Below are positions 1 to 9,476 of a DNA stretch of 55,942 nt, piece by piece; position 1 is the first letter of the stretch; every line of letters begins with the position of its first letter. The DNA is from Peptococcaceae bacterium UBA3933 (GTDB lineage: Bacteria; Bacillota; Peptococcia; Peptococcales; BICA1-8). The stretch spans positions 1 to 55,942 of the forward strand of contig DGEF01000124.1 in NCBI GenBank assembly GCA_002385805.1. The letters are read 5' to 3'. The notes below the pieces were generated by a model. That model was given only the letters and a program-made list of their open reading frames with translations, was not told where the DNA came from and did no database searches. The position numbers and the translations under genes were made by a program.

Positions 1-57
1 CCTGCCTTTCTAAAAATATATGTTGGTAGGAGGAGAATATGACTTAATAATTAAATT

Positions 58-186
58 TTAGTCTTTTTTAAATGCTATTAGATAATATTTATCGCCCAAT
101 TGTTTTTCCGGTTCTTGAATGCTTTTTACCTCTTGTTCGGTAATATTCGCCAAGGGCACCTCATTTAAACGATTTTTTTGTTTCAT
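58..186 (-). CDS. possible small ORF, 42 aa (MKQKNRLNEVPLANITEQEVKSIQEPEKQLGDKYYLIAFKKD), function unknown
   Basis: Hand-translated from the minus strand: ATG at 186-184, TAA at 60-58. It is below the ORF-track size cutoff. The only SD-like element is a GGGGAG about 12 nt upstream. It is divergent from the LysR gene. Confidence 0.2.
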   Translation of the reverse strand: MKQKNRLNEVPLANITEQEVKSIQEPEKQLGDKYYLIAFKKD

Positions 187-404
187 ATTTCTAAATATCT
201 CCCCTTTACTAAGAATATTCATAGTATGTCCAAATTGGAGAGTTTTGTCAATTATTCCCGGTAGTTACACTATTCTTACTAGCTTTCTCCATCCGGAAAA
301 CCAAAACCTATTTTCAACATTGTCAAGTAATTAATTGATAAATTTTTTTAATTATATTAATATTTAAATTAAGTAACTAAATTCCGGAAGGAGGTGGCAA
401 AAAT

Positions 405-1355
405 ATGCGCATTTCGGTTTTAGAGTATTACATAAAAGCAATAGATTATGGATCAATAAATCGAGCAGCCAGAGAGCTGTTTATTGCTCAATCTTCTTTA
501 AGTGAAGCTTTATCAACTTTAGAGAAAGATTTAGGATGCACATTAATTAAACGGTCTAATAAGGGAATTGTACCAACAAAGATTGGCGAAGAAATCTATA
601 AAGATGCCCAAAAAATAATTCAAATAATGAAAAAATGGGAATCATTTTCTTCTGTAGAACCTGAGTATAATGGCGATTATCATATTTTGGCTACATATGC
701 AATGTGTAACTGTCTTTTAAAAGAAATGGTTATCGAAGTAAAAAAGATTTACCCCAAATTAAATCTAATTTTACATGAAACTAGAGCTGAGCGTTTATTA
801 AGTGATTTTGAAAAAGGGAGCTATCATATAGCATTTTGTTTCTTTTTGCCCTATGAAGAAAAGAAAACTGATGATTTTATAAGAAGACATCGTTGGAAAA
901 AGCAACTGCTGTATAATGACTACTTTCATATTGCATTAAGTAGCAAGAATAAGTTAGCACAAAAAAAATATTTAGAAAAAAAAGACCTTAAAAATCTCGC
1001 TTTAGCCCAATATGCAGAATCAGATTATGTTTCCAGAAAATATTATCAAAAATATTTTAATAATCAGACTATATTTCTATTAAATAATAAAGACAATATG
1101 CTTCAAATAGTCGCCGAAGACAAAGCCGCTACAATTGGTTCGGGGCTCCTAATGAAAAATAATTTTTATTATAAAATAAATTTAATAAATGTTTTGCCAA
1201 TAAAAGATAAGATGCTTCCTCTCACCTATTATGCCGTCTACAGACCCCATCGTTTATATGATAAAGTGGCAGAATTATTAATCAACGAGGTTAAGAAAGA
1301 AATAGATAAACTAAGAAGTAGAGATAATAAAAAAACTATACAATATACAAACTGA
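405..1355 (+). CDS. LysR-family transcriptional regulator
   Basis: N-terminal winged-HTH signature (INRAARELFIAQSSLSEALSTLEKDLG..LIKRSNKG) followed by a roughly 200-aa effector-binding-like domain. Strong RBS GGAAGGAGGTGG upstream of the ATG. Confidence 0.85.
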   Translation: MRISVLEYYIKAIDYGSINRAARELFIAQSSLSEALSTLEKDLGCTLIKRSNKGIVPTKIGEEIYKDAQKIIQIMKKWESFSSVEPEYNGDYHILATYAMCNCLLKEMVIEVKKIYPKLNLILHETRAERLLSDFEKGSYHIAFCFFLPYEEKKTDDFIRRHRWKKQLLYNDYFHIALSSKNKLAQKKYLEKKDLKNLALAQYAESDYVSRKYYQKYFNNQTIFLLNNKDNMLQIVAEDKAATIGSGLLMKNNFYYKINLINVLPIKDKMLPLTYYAVYRPHRLYDKVAELLINEVKKEIDKLRSRDNKKTIQYTN

Positions 1356-1370
1356 TAACATAAAATGCGG

Positions 1371-3282
1371 AATAAAAAGGGGCTGTTGCAAAACGAACTT
1401 AAATAGTTCGTTTGCAACAGTTCTTTTTTTGTGCCATAAAATAGTAACTGCGGGTCCCAAAGAACCCGCAGTTACTGTATAATTTAATTATGCAACTAAA
1501 TAAACTATACACTAAAAATTATACCGAATTTAATGCGACTTATCAATTAGTACTTCCACTAAATTATGAAGTACTAATACCAGAGGATGACTCAGTTCGA
1601 CTGCTAAGCCAAATATTGGAGGGATTAAATTACGAAAGATTATATCAGGCGTACTCTTCCACCGGAAGAAAACCTGCAGTCGAACCAAAAATCCTGTTTA
1701 AGATTTTGACATATGCTTACATGAATAATATTTATTCTAGCAGAAAGATTGAAACAGCATGCAAAAGAGATATTAATTTTATGTGGCTGTTGGAAGGCAG
1801 GCGAGCACCAGACCACAGTACCATCGCTAGATTTCGAAAAGAATATTTAGCAGATGCTATAGAAGACCTTTTCTATCAAATGGTGCAGTGTCTTCATAAT
1901 ATTGGTGAAGTAAATTTTGAAAACCTTTTTGTGGATGGCACAAAAATTGAAGCTAATGCCAATCGCTATACCTTTGTCTGGAAAAAAGCCGTAAATAAAA
2001 ATGAGGCTAAAATGTTCATTAAAATTCAGTCTTGCGTAGAAGAAATTAATCTAACCTATAAAAAGGATTTTACGGTTACCAAGGAAACTTTATTGGATGA
2101 CCTCAAAAGCATACTGTCTTACCTAGAAGAAAAACGACAGCAGGAGCAAATAGAATTTGTTCATGGTATTGAAAAAAGAAAATCCAACCTGCAGAAGTAT
2201 ATGGAGAAATTGCAGGAATTTTATGAACGCCAAGAAAAATACAACATTCACAACCAATTATTTGAAGGAAGAAATAGTTATTCAAAAACAGATTCAGATG
2301 CAACATTCATGCGTCTGAAAGATGACCATATGCGCAATGCTCAATTAAAGCCTGCTTATAATGTACAAATTGGAGTAGAGGGTGAATATATAACAGGGAT
2401 TGGAGTATTTCAAGATAGAAATGACACTACTACACTAATTCCGTTCCTAGAGAATATGGAATATTATTTAAAAGTCCGCTATGAGAAAATTATTGCGGAC
2501 TCTGGCTATGAAAGTGAAGAAAATTATGGGTATTTAGAGAATAAAGAGTACAAACCATACATAAAACCCCAGACCTATGATAAATGGAAGAAAAAAAGCT
2601 TTAAAAGAGATATTAGCAAAAGAGAGAACATGTCATATGATCCTGTTAAAGATGTATATACCTGTCATAATGGGAAAGAGCTTAAACCTACAGGAATTAT
2701 TCATAAAACTTCCGCCACTGGGTATGTGTCAGAAGTAACTGTATATGAATGTGAGGATTGTGGAGATTGTCCATATAAAACTAAATGTACTAGGGCAAAA
2801 GGAAACCGGAAAATGCAAGTCTCGAAAAAATTTCTGGAGAAACGTATGATTTCCTATGAAAATATTATGTCGGAAGAAGGGGTTTTGTTAAGAGTCAACC
2901 GTTCAATACAGGTAGAAGGAGCCTTTGGTGTTCTAAAAAATGACTATAATTTCAAGAGATTTTTGACACGTGGAAAGAACAGTGTAAAAACTGAATTTCT
3001 TTTATTATGTTTTGGCTATAATGTGAATAAACTCCATTCAAAAATACAAAATGACAGACTGGCAAAATCACTTCATCCATTAAAAATAGCCTAATATTTT
3101 TTAAAAACATTAAGCCCGTAAAATTTAGGGCTTATTTGTGGTGCAAAAAATTAATTACTTATCTGAAAAACTAATTGTTATTACGAAAAAGCCTAAAGGA
3201 AACCCCGAAAATTTTTCCATATCATAAAAAAGAGTGCCGCTAACTACTTCTAAAAAGTAGTTTTGCGACACTCCCTTTTATT
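1371..3282 (+). mobile_element. IS1182-type insertion sequence (about 1.9 kb) carrying a single transposase
   Basis: The transposase ORF is bracketed by imperfect terminal inverted repeats. The left end is AATAAAAAGGGGCTGTTGCAAAACGAACTT (1371-1400). The reverse complement of the right end (3255-3282) is AATAAAAGGGAGTGTCGCAAAACTACTT. Each end is itself a hairpin. No clear target-site duplication is seen, so the exact ends are uncertain. Confidence 0.6.
1490..3094 (+). CDS. IS1182/IS5-group DDE transposase
   Basis: 534 aa. The N-terminal region (VLIPEDDSVRLLSQILEGLNYERLY..GRKPAVEPKILFKILTYAYMN) and the C-terminal Cys-rich segment (CHNG..CEDCGDCPYKTKC) plus the DDE-type core resemble IS1182-family transposases as I recall them. 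Confidence 0.8.
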   Translation: MQLNKLYTKNYTEFNATYQLVLPLNYEVLIPEDDSVRLLSQILEGLNYERLYQAYSSTGRKPAVEPKILFKILTYAYMNNIYSSRKIETACKRDINFMWLLEGRRAPDHSTIARFRKEYLADAIEDLFYQMVQCLHNIGEVNFENLFVDGTKIEANANRYTFVWKKAVNKNEAKMFIKIQSCVEEINLTYKKDFTVTKETLLDDLKSILSYLEEKRQQEQIEFVHGIEKRKSNLQKYMEKLQEFYERQEKYNIHNQLFEGRNSYSKTDSDATFMRLKDDHMRNAQLKPAYNVQIGVEGEYITGIGVFQDRNDTTTLIPFLENMEYYLKVRYEKIIADSGYESEENYGYLENKEYKPYIKPQTYDKWKKKSFKRDISKRENMSYDPVKDVYTCHNGKELKPTGIIHKTSATGYVSEVTVYECEDCGDCPYKTKCTRAKGNRKMQVSKKFLEKRMISYENIMSEEGVLLRVNRSIQVEGAFGVLKNDYNFKRFLTRGKNSVKTEFLLLCFGYNVNKLHSKIQNDRLAKSLHPLKIA

Positions 3283-3432
3283 TTTTATTATAGGTTTTTC
3301 CGATAATACCGAATCAATAAGAAGTAATATGAGGATTCAAAGATACTCATTATAATAAAAGCTGAATATAAAAAAATATAATGGCATGCATAAGAAAATA
3401 TTTGTGCCGAAAATTAAGGAGGAGATTGCCAA

Positions 3433-5439
3433 ATGAAACCATTATACAAAGAAAAGTACCCTCATCTTTTTGAACCACTGGTAGTAGGCAAAAACAAAAA
3501 TATTATTTTCAAAAACCGCATTTTTCAGGCACCTGTTGGTGTTGGTGCAACCGGCGGTGGTGCCGATGACGGTCGTATGAATTTAATAGGTGTAGACTTC
3601 TGGACAGACATTGCCCGAAGTGGTTTTGCTGCCTTTTCCCTGCCCATGGAAATCCCCCATGACGGTAGCCACGAAGGAGTCTATAATCTTGACCCGGAAA
3701 AACATAATTATATAAACATGCACCTTATGCAACGTTCAATTCATGCCTATGACACCAAGAGCTTTGCCGAATTGATCCACGGCGGTCCTTGTATCATTAG
3801 GACTGACATTCCCTTACTTGGCGCCAGTGAACGTATATATAACGGTCGTCCGGTAAAAGCCATGGATTATAAAGACATGGAAGAAGTTATTGAACTATAT
3901 GTTAATGAATCTAAATTAGCCGTTAGAGGCGGATTTGATGGCATCATGCTACATTTTGCTCACGGTTGGTTGCCCCACGACTTTTTATCGCCACTGTCCA
4001 ATCATCGTAAAGATGAATTTGGCGGTTCTGTAGAAAACCGTTGCCGATTTCCGCTCATGATCTTAAAAGCCGTACGGGAAGCTGTCGGCGATGATATAGT
4101 AATTGAATTGCGCTTAAATGGAAGCGATGAAATGGAAGGTGGAATTACACCTGAAGACGCAGCGGAACAAGTTATGATCTTCCAAGATTATGCCGATTTA
4201 ATTCACATTACCTGTGGTACACGCATTGATGTTACCAGCAGAACAAGACAGATGGCAACTTGTTTTTATCCCGGTCCCCGGAATGCTTACGCAAGCGAAA
4301 TCGTAAAAAAACTGGCTAACCCAAAAATTCCCATTGGTACCGTTGGCGGAATTTACGATGCGGCTACCGCTGAAGAAGTTCTGGCAAAAGGACAAGCAGA
4401 CTATGTACTGACAGCCCGAAGTGCAATTGCTGATCCGGATTTCTTGATAAAAGTCAGAGAAGGTAGAGAAGAGGATATTCGTCCTTGTTTGAGATGCAAC
4501 TATTGTTTAGACCATGGACGCAGAAAATCTAAGATCGTTGGTAAAGAATTAGTAATGGCCAGCGATGCAAGTTTTGACCGTCGTTGTGCAGTAAACCCTC
4601 TGGCCATGCAAGGCGCAACCAAGAAAAGATTCCCGGCACCGACCCGCAAGAAAAAAATTGCCGTTATAGGCGGTGGTATCGCCGGTATGCAGGCAGCTTT
4701 GACTGCAGCAGACAGAGGACATTATGTTGTACTGTTTGAAAAAACTGACAGATTAGGCGGGCAAGCGTTACTTGCCGATGGAATGTGGTTCAAAAAAGAA
4801 ATGAAATTATTCCATGAATATCTGGAACGTCAGGTAAAGAAACATCCAAATATTTATATTCTAATGAATACTCGGGCCACAAGAGAACTAATCAAAAAAT
4901 CCGACCCGGATGCAGTAATTGTTGCCGTTGGCGCAAAACAGTGGGCACCGCCGATTCCCGGTATTGAAAAAGCAATCATGGCCTTTGATGTGTTTGGCAA
5001 CGAAAAACAATTAGGTAAGAAAGTGGTTATCATTGGCGGTGGTTCCATTGGCTGTGAACTATCCATCCATCTCTCCGGTTTAGGTCATGAATGTACTGTG
5101 ATAGAAAAAACCCATTTTCTCTGCGGCAATGTGGAATTGACAATGCGACTGTCAATTTTGCAGCACATAGAGAAAAATAATGTAACAACATTGGTCGACA
5201 CAAATGTAATTAGCATTGAAGACAATGGTGTCTACGTAGAAGATGAAAATGGTGTGAAAAGCTTTATTGAAGCAGATTCTGTCATTATCAGCACAGGCAC
5301 CAGACCCGATGAGGAAGAAAGGGATCAGTTCATTGATGTTGCCTTTGATGTTATTAATGTTGGTGACTGCAAACATCCGGAAAAAGCAGGTATTCCTCAT
5401 GCAGTAGAAACCGGTTATGATGCAGGTGCCATTCTCTAA
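3433..5439 (+). CDS. 2-enoate reductase / 2,4-dienoyl-CoA reductase-like flavoenzyme (OYE-type FMN barrel, 4Fe-4S motif, FAD/NAD(P)-binding domain), copy 1
   Basis: 668 aa. OYE-family block HFAHGWLPHDFLSPLSNHRKDEFGGSVENRCRFPLM. Cys motif CLRCNYC...C. Two Rossmann GxGxxG motifs (VIGGGIAGMQAA and IIGGGSIGCELS). RBS AAGGAGG upstream. Confidence 0.85.
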   Translation: MKPLYKEKYPHLFEPLVVGKNKNIIFKNRIFQAPVGVGATGGGADDGRMNLIGVDFWTDIARSGFAAFSLPMEIPHDGSHEGVYNLDPEKHNYINMHLMQRSIHAYDTKSFAELIHGGPCIIRTDIPLLGASERIYNGRPVKAMDYKDMEEVIELYVNESKLAVRGGFDGIMLHFAHGWLPHDFLSPLSNHRKDEFGGSVENRCRFPLMILKAVREAVGDDIVIELRLNGSDEMEGGITPEDAAEQVMIFQDYADLIHITCGTRIDVTSRTRQMATCFYPGPRNAYASEIVKKLANPKIPIGTVGGIYDAATAEEVLAKGQADYVLTARSAIADPDFLIKVREGREEDIRPCLRCNYCLDHGRRKSKIVGKELVMASDASFDRRCAVNPLAMQGATKKRFPAPTRKKKIAVIGGGIAGMQAALTAADRGHYVVLFEKTDRLGGQALLADGMWFKKEMKLFHEYLERQVKKHPNIYILMNTRATRELIKKSDPDAVIVAVGAKQWAPPIPGIEKAIMAFDVFGNEKQLGKKVVIIGGGSIGCELSIHLSGLGHECTVIEKTHFLCGNVELTMRLSILQHIEKNNVTTLVDTNVISIEDNGVYVEDENGVKSFIEADSVIISTGTRPDEEERDQFIDVAFDVINVGDCKHPEKAGIPHAVETGYDAGAIL

Positions 5440-5634
5440 AAGGGTTCCTAAATACTCCAAACAACTCCAAACATAAAGTAAATAAATTTCATTAATCCCA
5501 GTTTAAACAAATAAAATACCGGATTTATTACAAAGGGGGTGGATAATATTCACCATAACCTAATAACCGTTAGCTAAATTAAAAATATTTAAGATTAATT
5601 AAACTATTTTATTTAGAAGAGGGGAGAAAACAAA

Positions 5635-7623
5635 ATGAAACCTATTTATAAAGAAAAATACCCCCATCTATTTCAACCAATGGTTGTCGGTAAAAACAAG
5701 GTAGTCTTTAAAAACAGGGCTTTAGTAGCACCAATTGGCTCCATAGCCACCGGTGGCGGTGAAGACAGTGACGGACGAATCAATATTTTTGGCATTAATC
5801 ATTGTATGGAATATATTCGCGGCGGGTTTGCTTCTATATGTCTTCCCATGGAGGTTCCCATTGACGGCGGTCATGAACATATGTTTAATGTAAACCCTAA
5901 GACATGTAACCAGATGAATTTTCATTTACTACAGCGTTCCGTTCATGCCCATAGAGGTTTGACCTTTGCTGAATTGCTCCATTGCGGTCCCTATGTTTAT
6001 GATCGATTTAAGAAAATAGCGGCCAGTGACTGCGTTGTCAGCGGTAAAAAAGTAAAAGCTGCTACCCGGGAGGACATGGAAGAAGTTTGCCAGCTTTTTG
6101 CTGAATATGCCACATGGGTTAGAGCTGCAAAATTTGACGGAATATTAATCCATATGGGTCACGGCTGGTTGTTTAGCTTTTTCTTATCTCCACTCACTAA
6201 CCATAGAACAGATGAGTTCGGAGGCAGCATAGAAAACCGTTGCCGTTTTCCCCTAATGGTAATTAAAGCTATCCGGGAAGCTGTCGGTGACGACCTGCTT
6301 ATTGAATTGCGTTTGAATGGCAGCGATGAAGTGCCGGGCGGCATAACACCGGAAGAATGCGCTCAACAGTGTTTGATTTTCCAAGATTACGTAGATATGA
6401 TCCACATCACCTGTGGCCATCGTTTGGATGCTATGTCAAGACCGAAAATGCATCCCAGTAATTTCTATCCATTTGCCCATAACGCTTACGCCAGTGAAAT
6501 TGTCAAAAACACACCGGGTATTAAAATCCCGATCGGAGTTGTAGGCGGAATCCATACTCCTGAAATAGCTGAAGAAATATTAGCCAAAGGCCAAGCTGAC
6601 TATGTACTGATGGCCCGGGCTGCAATGGCTGACCCGGAAATCATCAAAAAAGCAAGAGAACTTCGTGAAGATGATATCCGGCCCTGTTTACGTTGTAACT
6701 TCTGTATGGATCACGGCAGAAGACAAGCCTTGACCAAGGAACTACATTTACTAAGTTTGCCTAGTTACGATCGTCACTGCGCAGTAAACCCGCTGGCTTT
6801 TCAAAGTGCTTCCAAGAAACTGTTTCCACCAGCAGACCGTAAGAAAAAAGTTGCAGTAATTGGTGGCGGAATTGCCGGTATGCAAGCTGCTATAAGTTGT
6901 GCTGATCGAGGTCATTCCGTAGTACTTTACGAGAAAACTGACCGGCTTGGCGGGCAAACATTACTATCCGATGTAATGCCATTTAAGAAAGAATTGAAGC
7001 TCTTCCGTGAGTACTTAGAACGTCAAGTTAGGAAACGTGAAAATATTATTGTTATGATGAACACTTTAGCCACACCGGAAATGATTGAAGATTTGGATCC
7101 GGATGCAGTTATCGTAGCCGTAGGAGCAGAACAAATTGTTCCTAATATTCCGGGTGTAGAAAAAGCTATGATGGCTTTTGATGTGTTTGGAAATGAAGAC
7201 AAAGTAGGCAAAAAAGTCCTGATCGTCGGTGGCGGCAGCATAGGTGTTGAGCTGGGTATTCATCTGAGTATTTTAGGTCGTGATTGTACCATTATAGAAA
7301 TGGAACATTACATAGCACCAAATGCCCAGTTGACAGAAAGAATGTCTTATCTTGATTGGCTAGAGAAGAAAAATGTAAAAACAATGGTTGACACAAAATG
7401 CGTAGAAATCACTGATAAGGGTGCTTATGTGGAAACTCCGGAAGGTAAAAAGTTTATTGAAGCGGACACTGTAATAATTGCTGTAGGTACAAAACCTCTG
7501 GAAGGAGAACGGGATAAATTTATTGATACTGCCTTTGATGTTATTAATGTCGGCGACTGTTTAAAGGCCTCTAATATTGTAAATGCGATTCATACTGGCT
7601 TTGATGCAGGTTTAACATTGTAG
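5635..7623 (+). CDS. 2-enoate reductase / 2,4-dienoyl-CoA reductase-like flavoenzyme, tandem paralogue (copy 2)
   Basis: 662 aa and collinear with copy 1 over its whole length. Shared blocks include KEKYPHLF, DEFGGS.ENRCRFPLM, ELRLNGSDE, DIRPCLRCN.C.DHGRR, VIGGGIAGMQAA, DPDAVIVAVGA and FDVINVGDC. Confidence 0.85.
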   Translation: MKPIYKEKYPHLFQPMVVGKNKVVFKNRALVAPIGSIATGGGEDSDGRINIFGINHCMEYIRGGFASICLPMEVPIDGGHEHMFNVNPKTCNQMNFHLLQRSVHAHRGLTFAELLHCGPYVYDRFKKIAASDCVVSGKKVKAATREDMEEVCQLFAEYATWVRAAKFDGILIHMGHGWLFSFFLSPLTNHRTDEFGGSIENRCRFPLMVIKAIREAVGDDLLIELRLNGSDEVPGGITPEECAQQCLIFQDYVDMIHITCGHRLDAMSRPKMHPSNFYPFAHNAYASEIVKNTPGIKIPIGVVGGIHTPEIAEEILAKGQADYVLMARAAMADPEIIKKARELREDDIRPCLRCNFCMDHGRRQALTKELHLLSLPSYDRHCAVNPLAFQSASKKLFPPADRKKKVAVIGGGIAGMQAAISCADRGHSVVLYEKTDRLGGQTLLSDVMPFKKELKLFREYLERQVRKRENIIVMMNTLATPEMIEDLDPDAVIVAVGAEQIVPNIPGVEKAMMAFDVFGNEDKVGKKVLIVGGGSIGVELGIHLSILGRDCTIIEMEHYIAPNAQLTERMSYLDWLEKKNVKTMVDTKCVEITDKGAYVETPEGKKFIEADTVIIAVGTKPLEGERDKFIDTAFDVINVGDCLKASNIVNAIHTGFDAGLTL

Positions 7624-7763
7624 CTCCACAGGGAAAATTACCTTACAAGGGCCAATTTCCCTTGGTCAATATAATTTTTTTAAATGCCCTTGTAAGGTGT
7701 CCCTTTTAAATTTTAAAAGATGATATAGTTAATAATATATTTTTACTTCGAGAGGTGAAAAAC

Positions 7764-9248
7764 ATGCAAACTAGCTCACCTACTATTAATGGGGGGAAAG
7801 TATTAAATACACGGGTCACTAATTTAACGCCATTTTACGTAATTAATAGTATAATTGCCATTGCGATTATGGTAGGTTTTAAGTATGTATTTACTCCTGT
7901 TGAGCCGTTGACTCCACTGGGTATGGAGATCTTAGGAGTTTTTCTCGGCGTAATGTATGGCTGGTTAATTGTCGGCGATATTTACTGGCCATCCTTATTA
8001 GGTTTAGTGTTTTTAGGTTTAAGTGAATGGACTACGGTTCCAAATGCATTTAGAACCGGGTTTGGCCATAATAATGTTATGTTAATGCTGTTTTTCTTCC
8101 TTTTTACTAATATTATCAACGCTGCTGGCATTACCGAATACATTGCACGCTGGATTACCTCCAGAAAATTTGCCATAGGAAAACCGTATGTAATTACTTT
8201 GCTAATCTTTATTGCCTCTATGGTTTTATACTTCATGGTGACTGCTACTGCAGCAGCCCTAATCATGTTTCCTTTGGTGATCGAAATCTCTAAAATCTAT
8301 GGTTTAAAACCGGGAAATAAATGGACATCAATGGTTCTTATAGGCTTAATCGTAACCAGTGGAACATCCTATATATTATTGCCTTATAAATCTTTGCCGT
8401 TGGTTGTGTTCTCTAGCTATGAAGCCCTAGGCGGTGAACCGATTAACATGGCTAAGTATATGTTCCTGGTTATAGTAGTAAGTTTATTAATGTTAATAAT
8501 GGTATTTTGTACGGTTAAATATATTGCAAAACCTGATGTTTCGGCAATTGCTTCCCATAAAGCCGGTTTTAAGGAATTACCGAAATTAACTACATATCAA
8601 AAATCAGTTTTAATCTTCTTTGTTATAACCATTACTCTGGTTATGATTCCCAATTTTGTCCCAACGTCATTTTGGCTTTCCAAGGCTTTGAAGACCCTCG
8701 GTACTCCCGGTATTATGGCTGTTGCGGTTATGATTTGGTATGGATTACGTTGGAAGGAAGGTAAATCCATTAACCAATTGTTTTCTACGGGTATTAACTG
8801 GGGTGTTATCTTCATCTTAGCCTTTGCTTTAACCGTTGCCGCCGCAGTATCCGATCCGGCTACCGGAATCCAAGATTGGTTAACTGTAAAGATAACTCCT
8901 TTAGTTGAAGGTAAAAGTCCCTTTATGATAACCTTTATCTTATGCATCATAGGATTGGTTTTAACCCAATTTTGCAATAACCAATCAATTGCCGCAATAG
9001 TCACCCCAATACTTTTATCTATCGCCATGGCCACGGATGCTAATATTCACGTCTTACTATCATGCTTACTTTTAAGTGTTAATGCGGGATTCTGCACTCC
9101 ACCGGCCTCAGCTACCGCTTCCATCCTTTTCGGTACTGTTGATTGGGTTCCCGGTAAACAGCCATATATTTACGGGCTAATTTATGCCGTATATACCGTT
9201 ATCTTATGCTTTGGTGTAATGTATCCTTTAGGAAATTTAATTTTCTAA
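7764..9248 (+). CDS. polytopic membrane permease, probably an anion/organic-acid transporter (ion-transporter-superfamily-like); exact family not resolved
   Basis: About 494 aa and hydrophobic throughout, with many predicted TM helices. The ORF track starts at GTG 7755, but ATG 7764 is 8 nt after GAGAGG. It directly follows the two reductase genes. Confidence 0.6.
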   Translation: MQTSSPTINGGKVLNTRVTNLTPFYVINSIIAIAIMVGFKYVFTPVEPLTPLGMEILGVFLGVMYGWLIVGDIYWPSLLGLVFLGLSEWTTVPNAFRTGFGHNNVMLMLFFFLFTNIINAAGITEYIARWITSRKFAIGKPYVITLLIFIASMVLYFMVTATAAALIMFPLVIEISKIYGLKPGNKWTSMVLIGLIVTSGTSYILLPYKSLPLVVFSSYEALGGEPINMAKYMFLVIVVSLLMLIMVFCTVKYIAKPDVSAIASHKAGFKELPKLTTYQKSVLIFFVITITLVMIPNFVPTSFWLSKALKTLGTPGIMAVAVMIWYGLRWKEGKSINQLFSTGINWGVIFILAFALTVAAAVSDPATGIQDWLTVKITPLVEGKSPFMITFILCIIGLVLTQFCNNQSIAAIVTPILLSIAMATDANIHVLLSCLLLSVNAGFCTPPASATASILFGTVDWVPGKQPYIYGLIYAVYTVILCFGVMYPLGNLIF

Positions 9249-9268
9249 AGGTTGGCCGGTAGATTTAA

Positions 9269-9305
9269 ATCTTGCTCAAGTAGCAATACTTGAGCAAGAT
9301 TTTTT
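9269..9305 (+). terminator. rho-independent terminator after the permease gene
   Basis: Perfect 14-bp stem ATCTTGCTCAAGTA / TACTTGAGCAAGAT with a GCAA loop, followed by TTTTT. Confidence 0.85.
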
Positions 9306-9476
9306 AATGATAGGCGATTACTTATAGTTAATTACTATATGATTTTATCTGCAGTTTTATTCTCTTTAAAGTATGCTTGTAAATTATCTACTTGGAAGTT
9401 TATTAATGTTGGATTAAGATTATTCATTGTATAAGGAGGAAGGGCAGCACAAATTTTGTCGATTGGGAGGAATGTC

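Noticed and set aside
119-334. 71-aa + strand ORF near the window start
   Set aside because: It has no RBS and an odd Phe/Ile/Ser/Cys-rich composition. It lies antisense to a more plausible small ORF and within the LysR divergent promoter region.
3110-3134. Similarity of the TAAGCCC...GGGCTTA hairpin after the transposase to the terminator at 10716-10741
   Set aside because: The shared 7-bp stem is short and could be coincidental. The loops differ and there is no further flanking similarity, so I do not treat it as a repeat or an island boundary.
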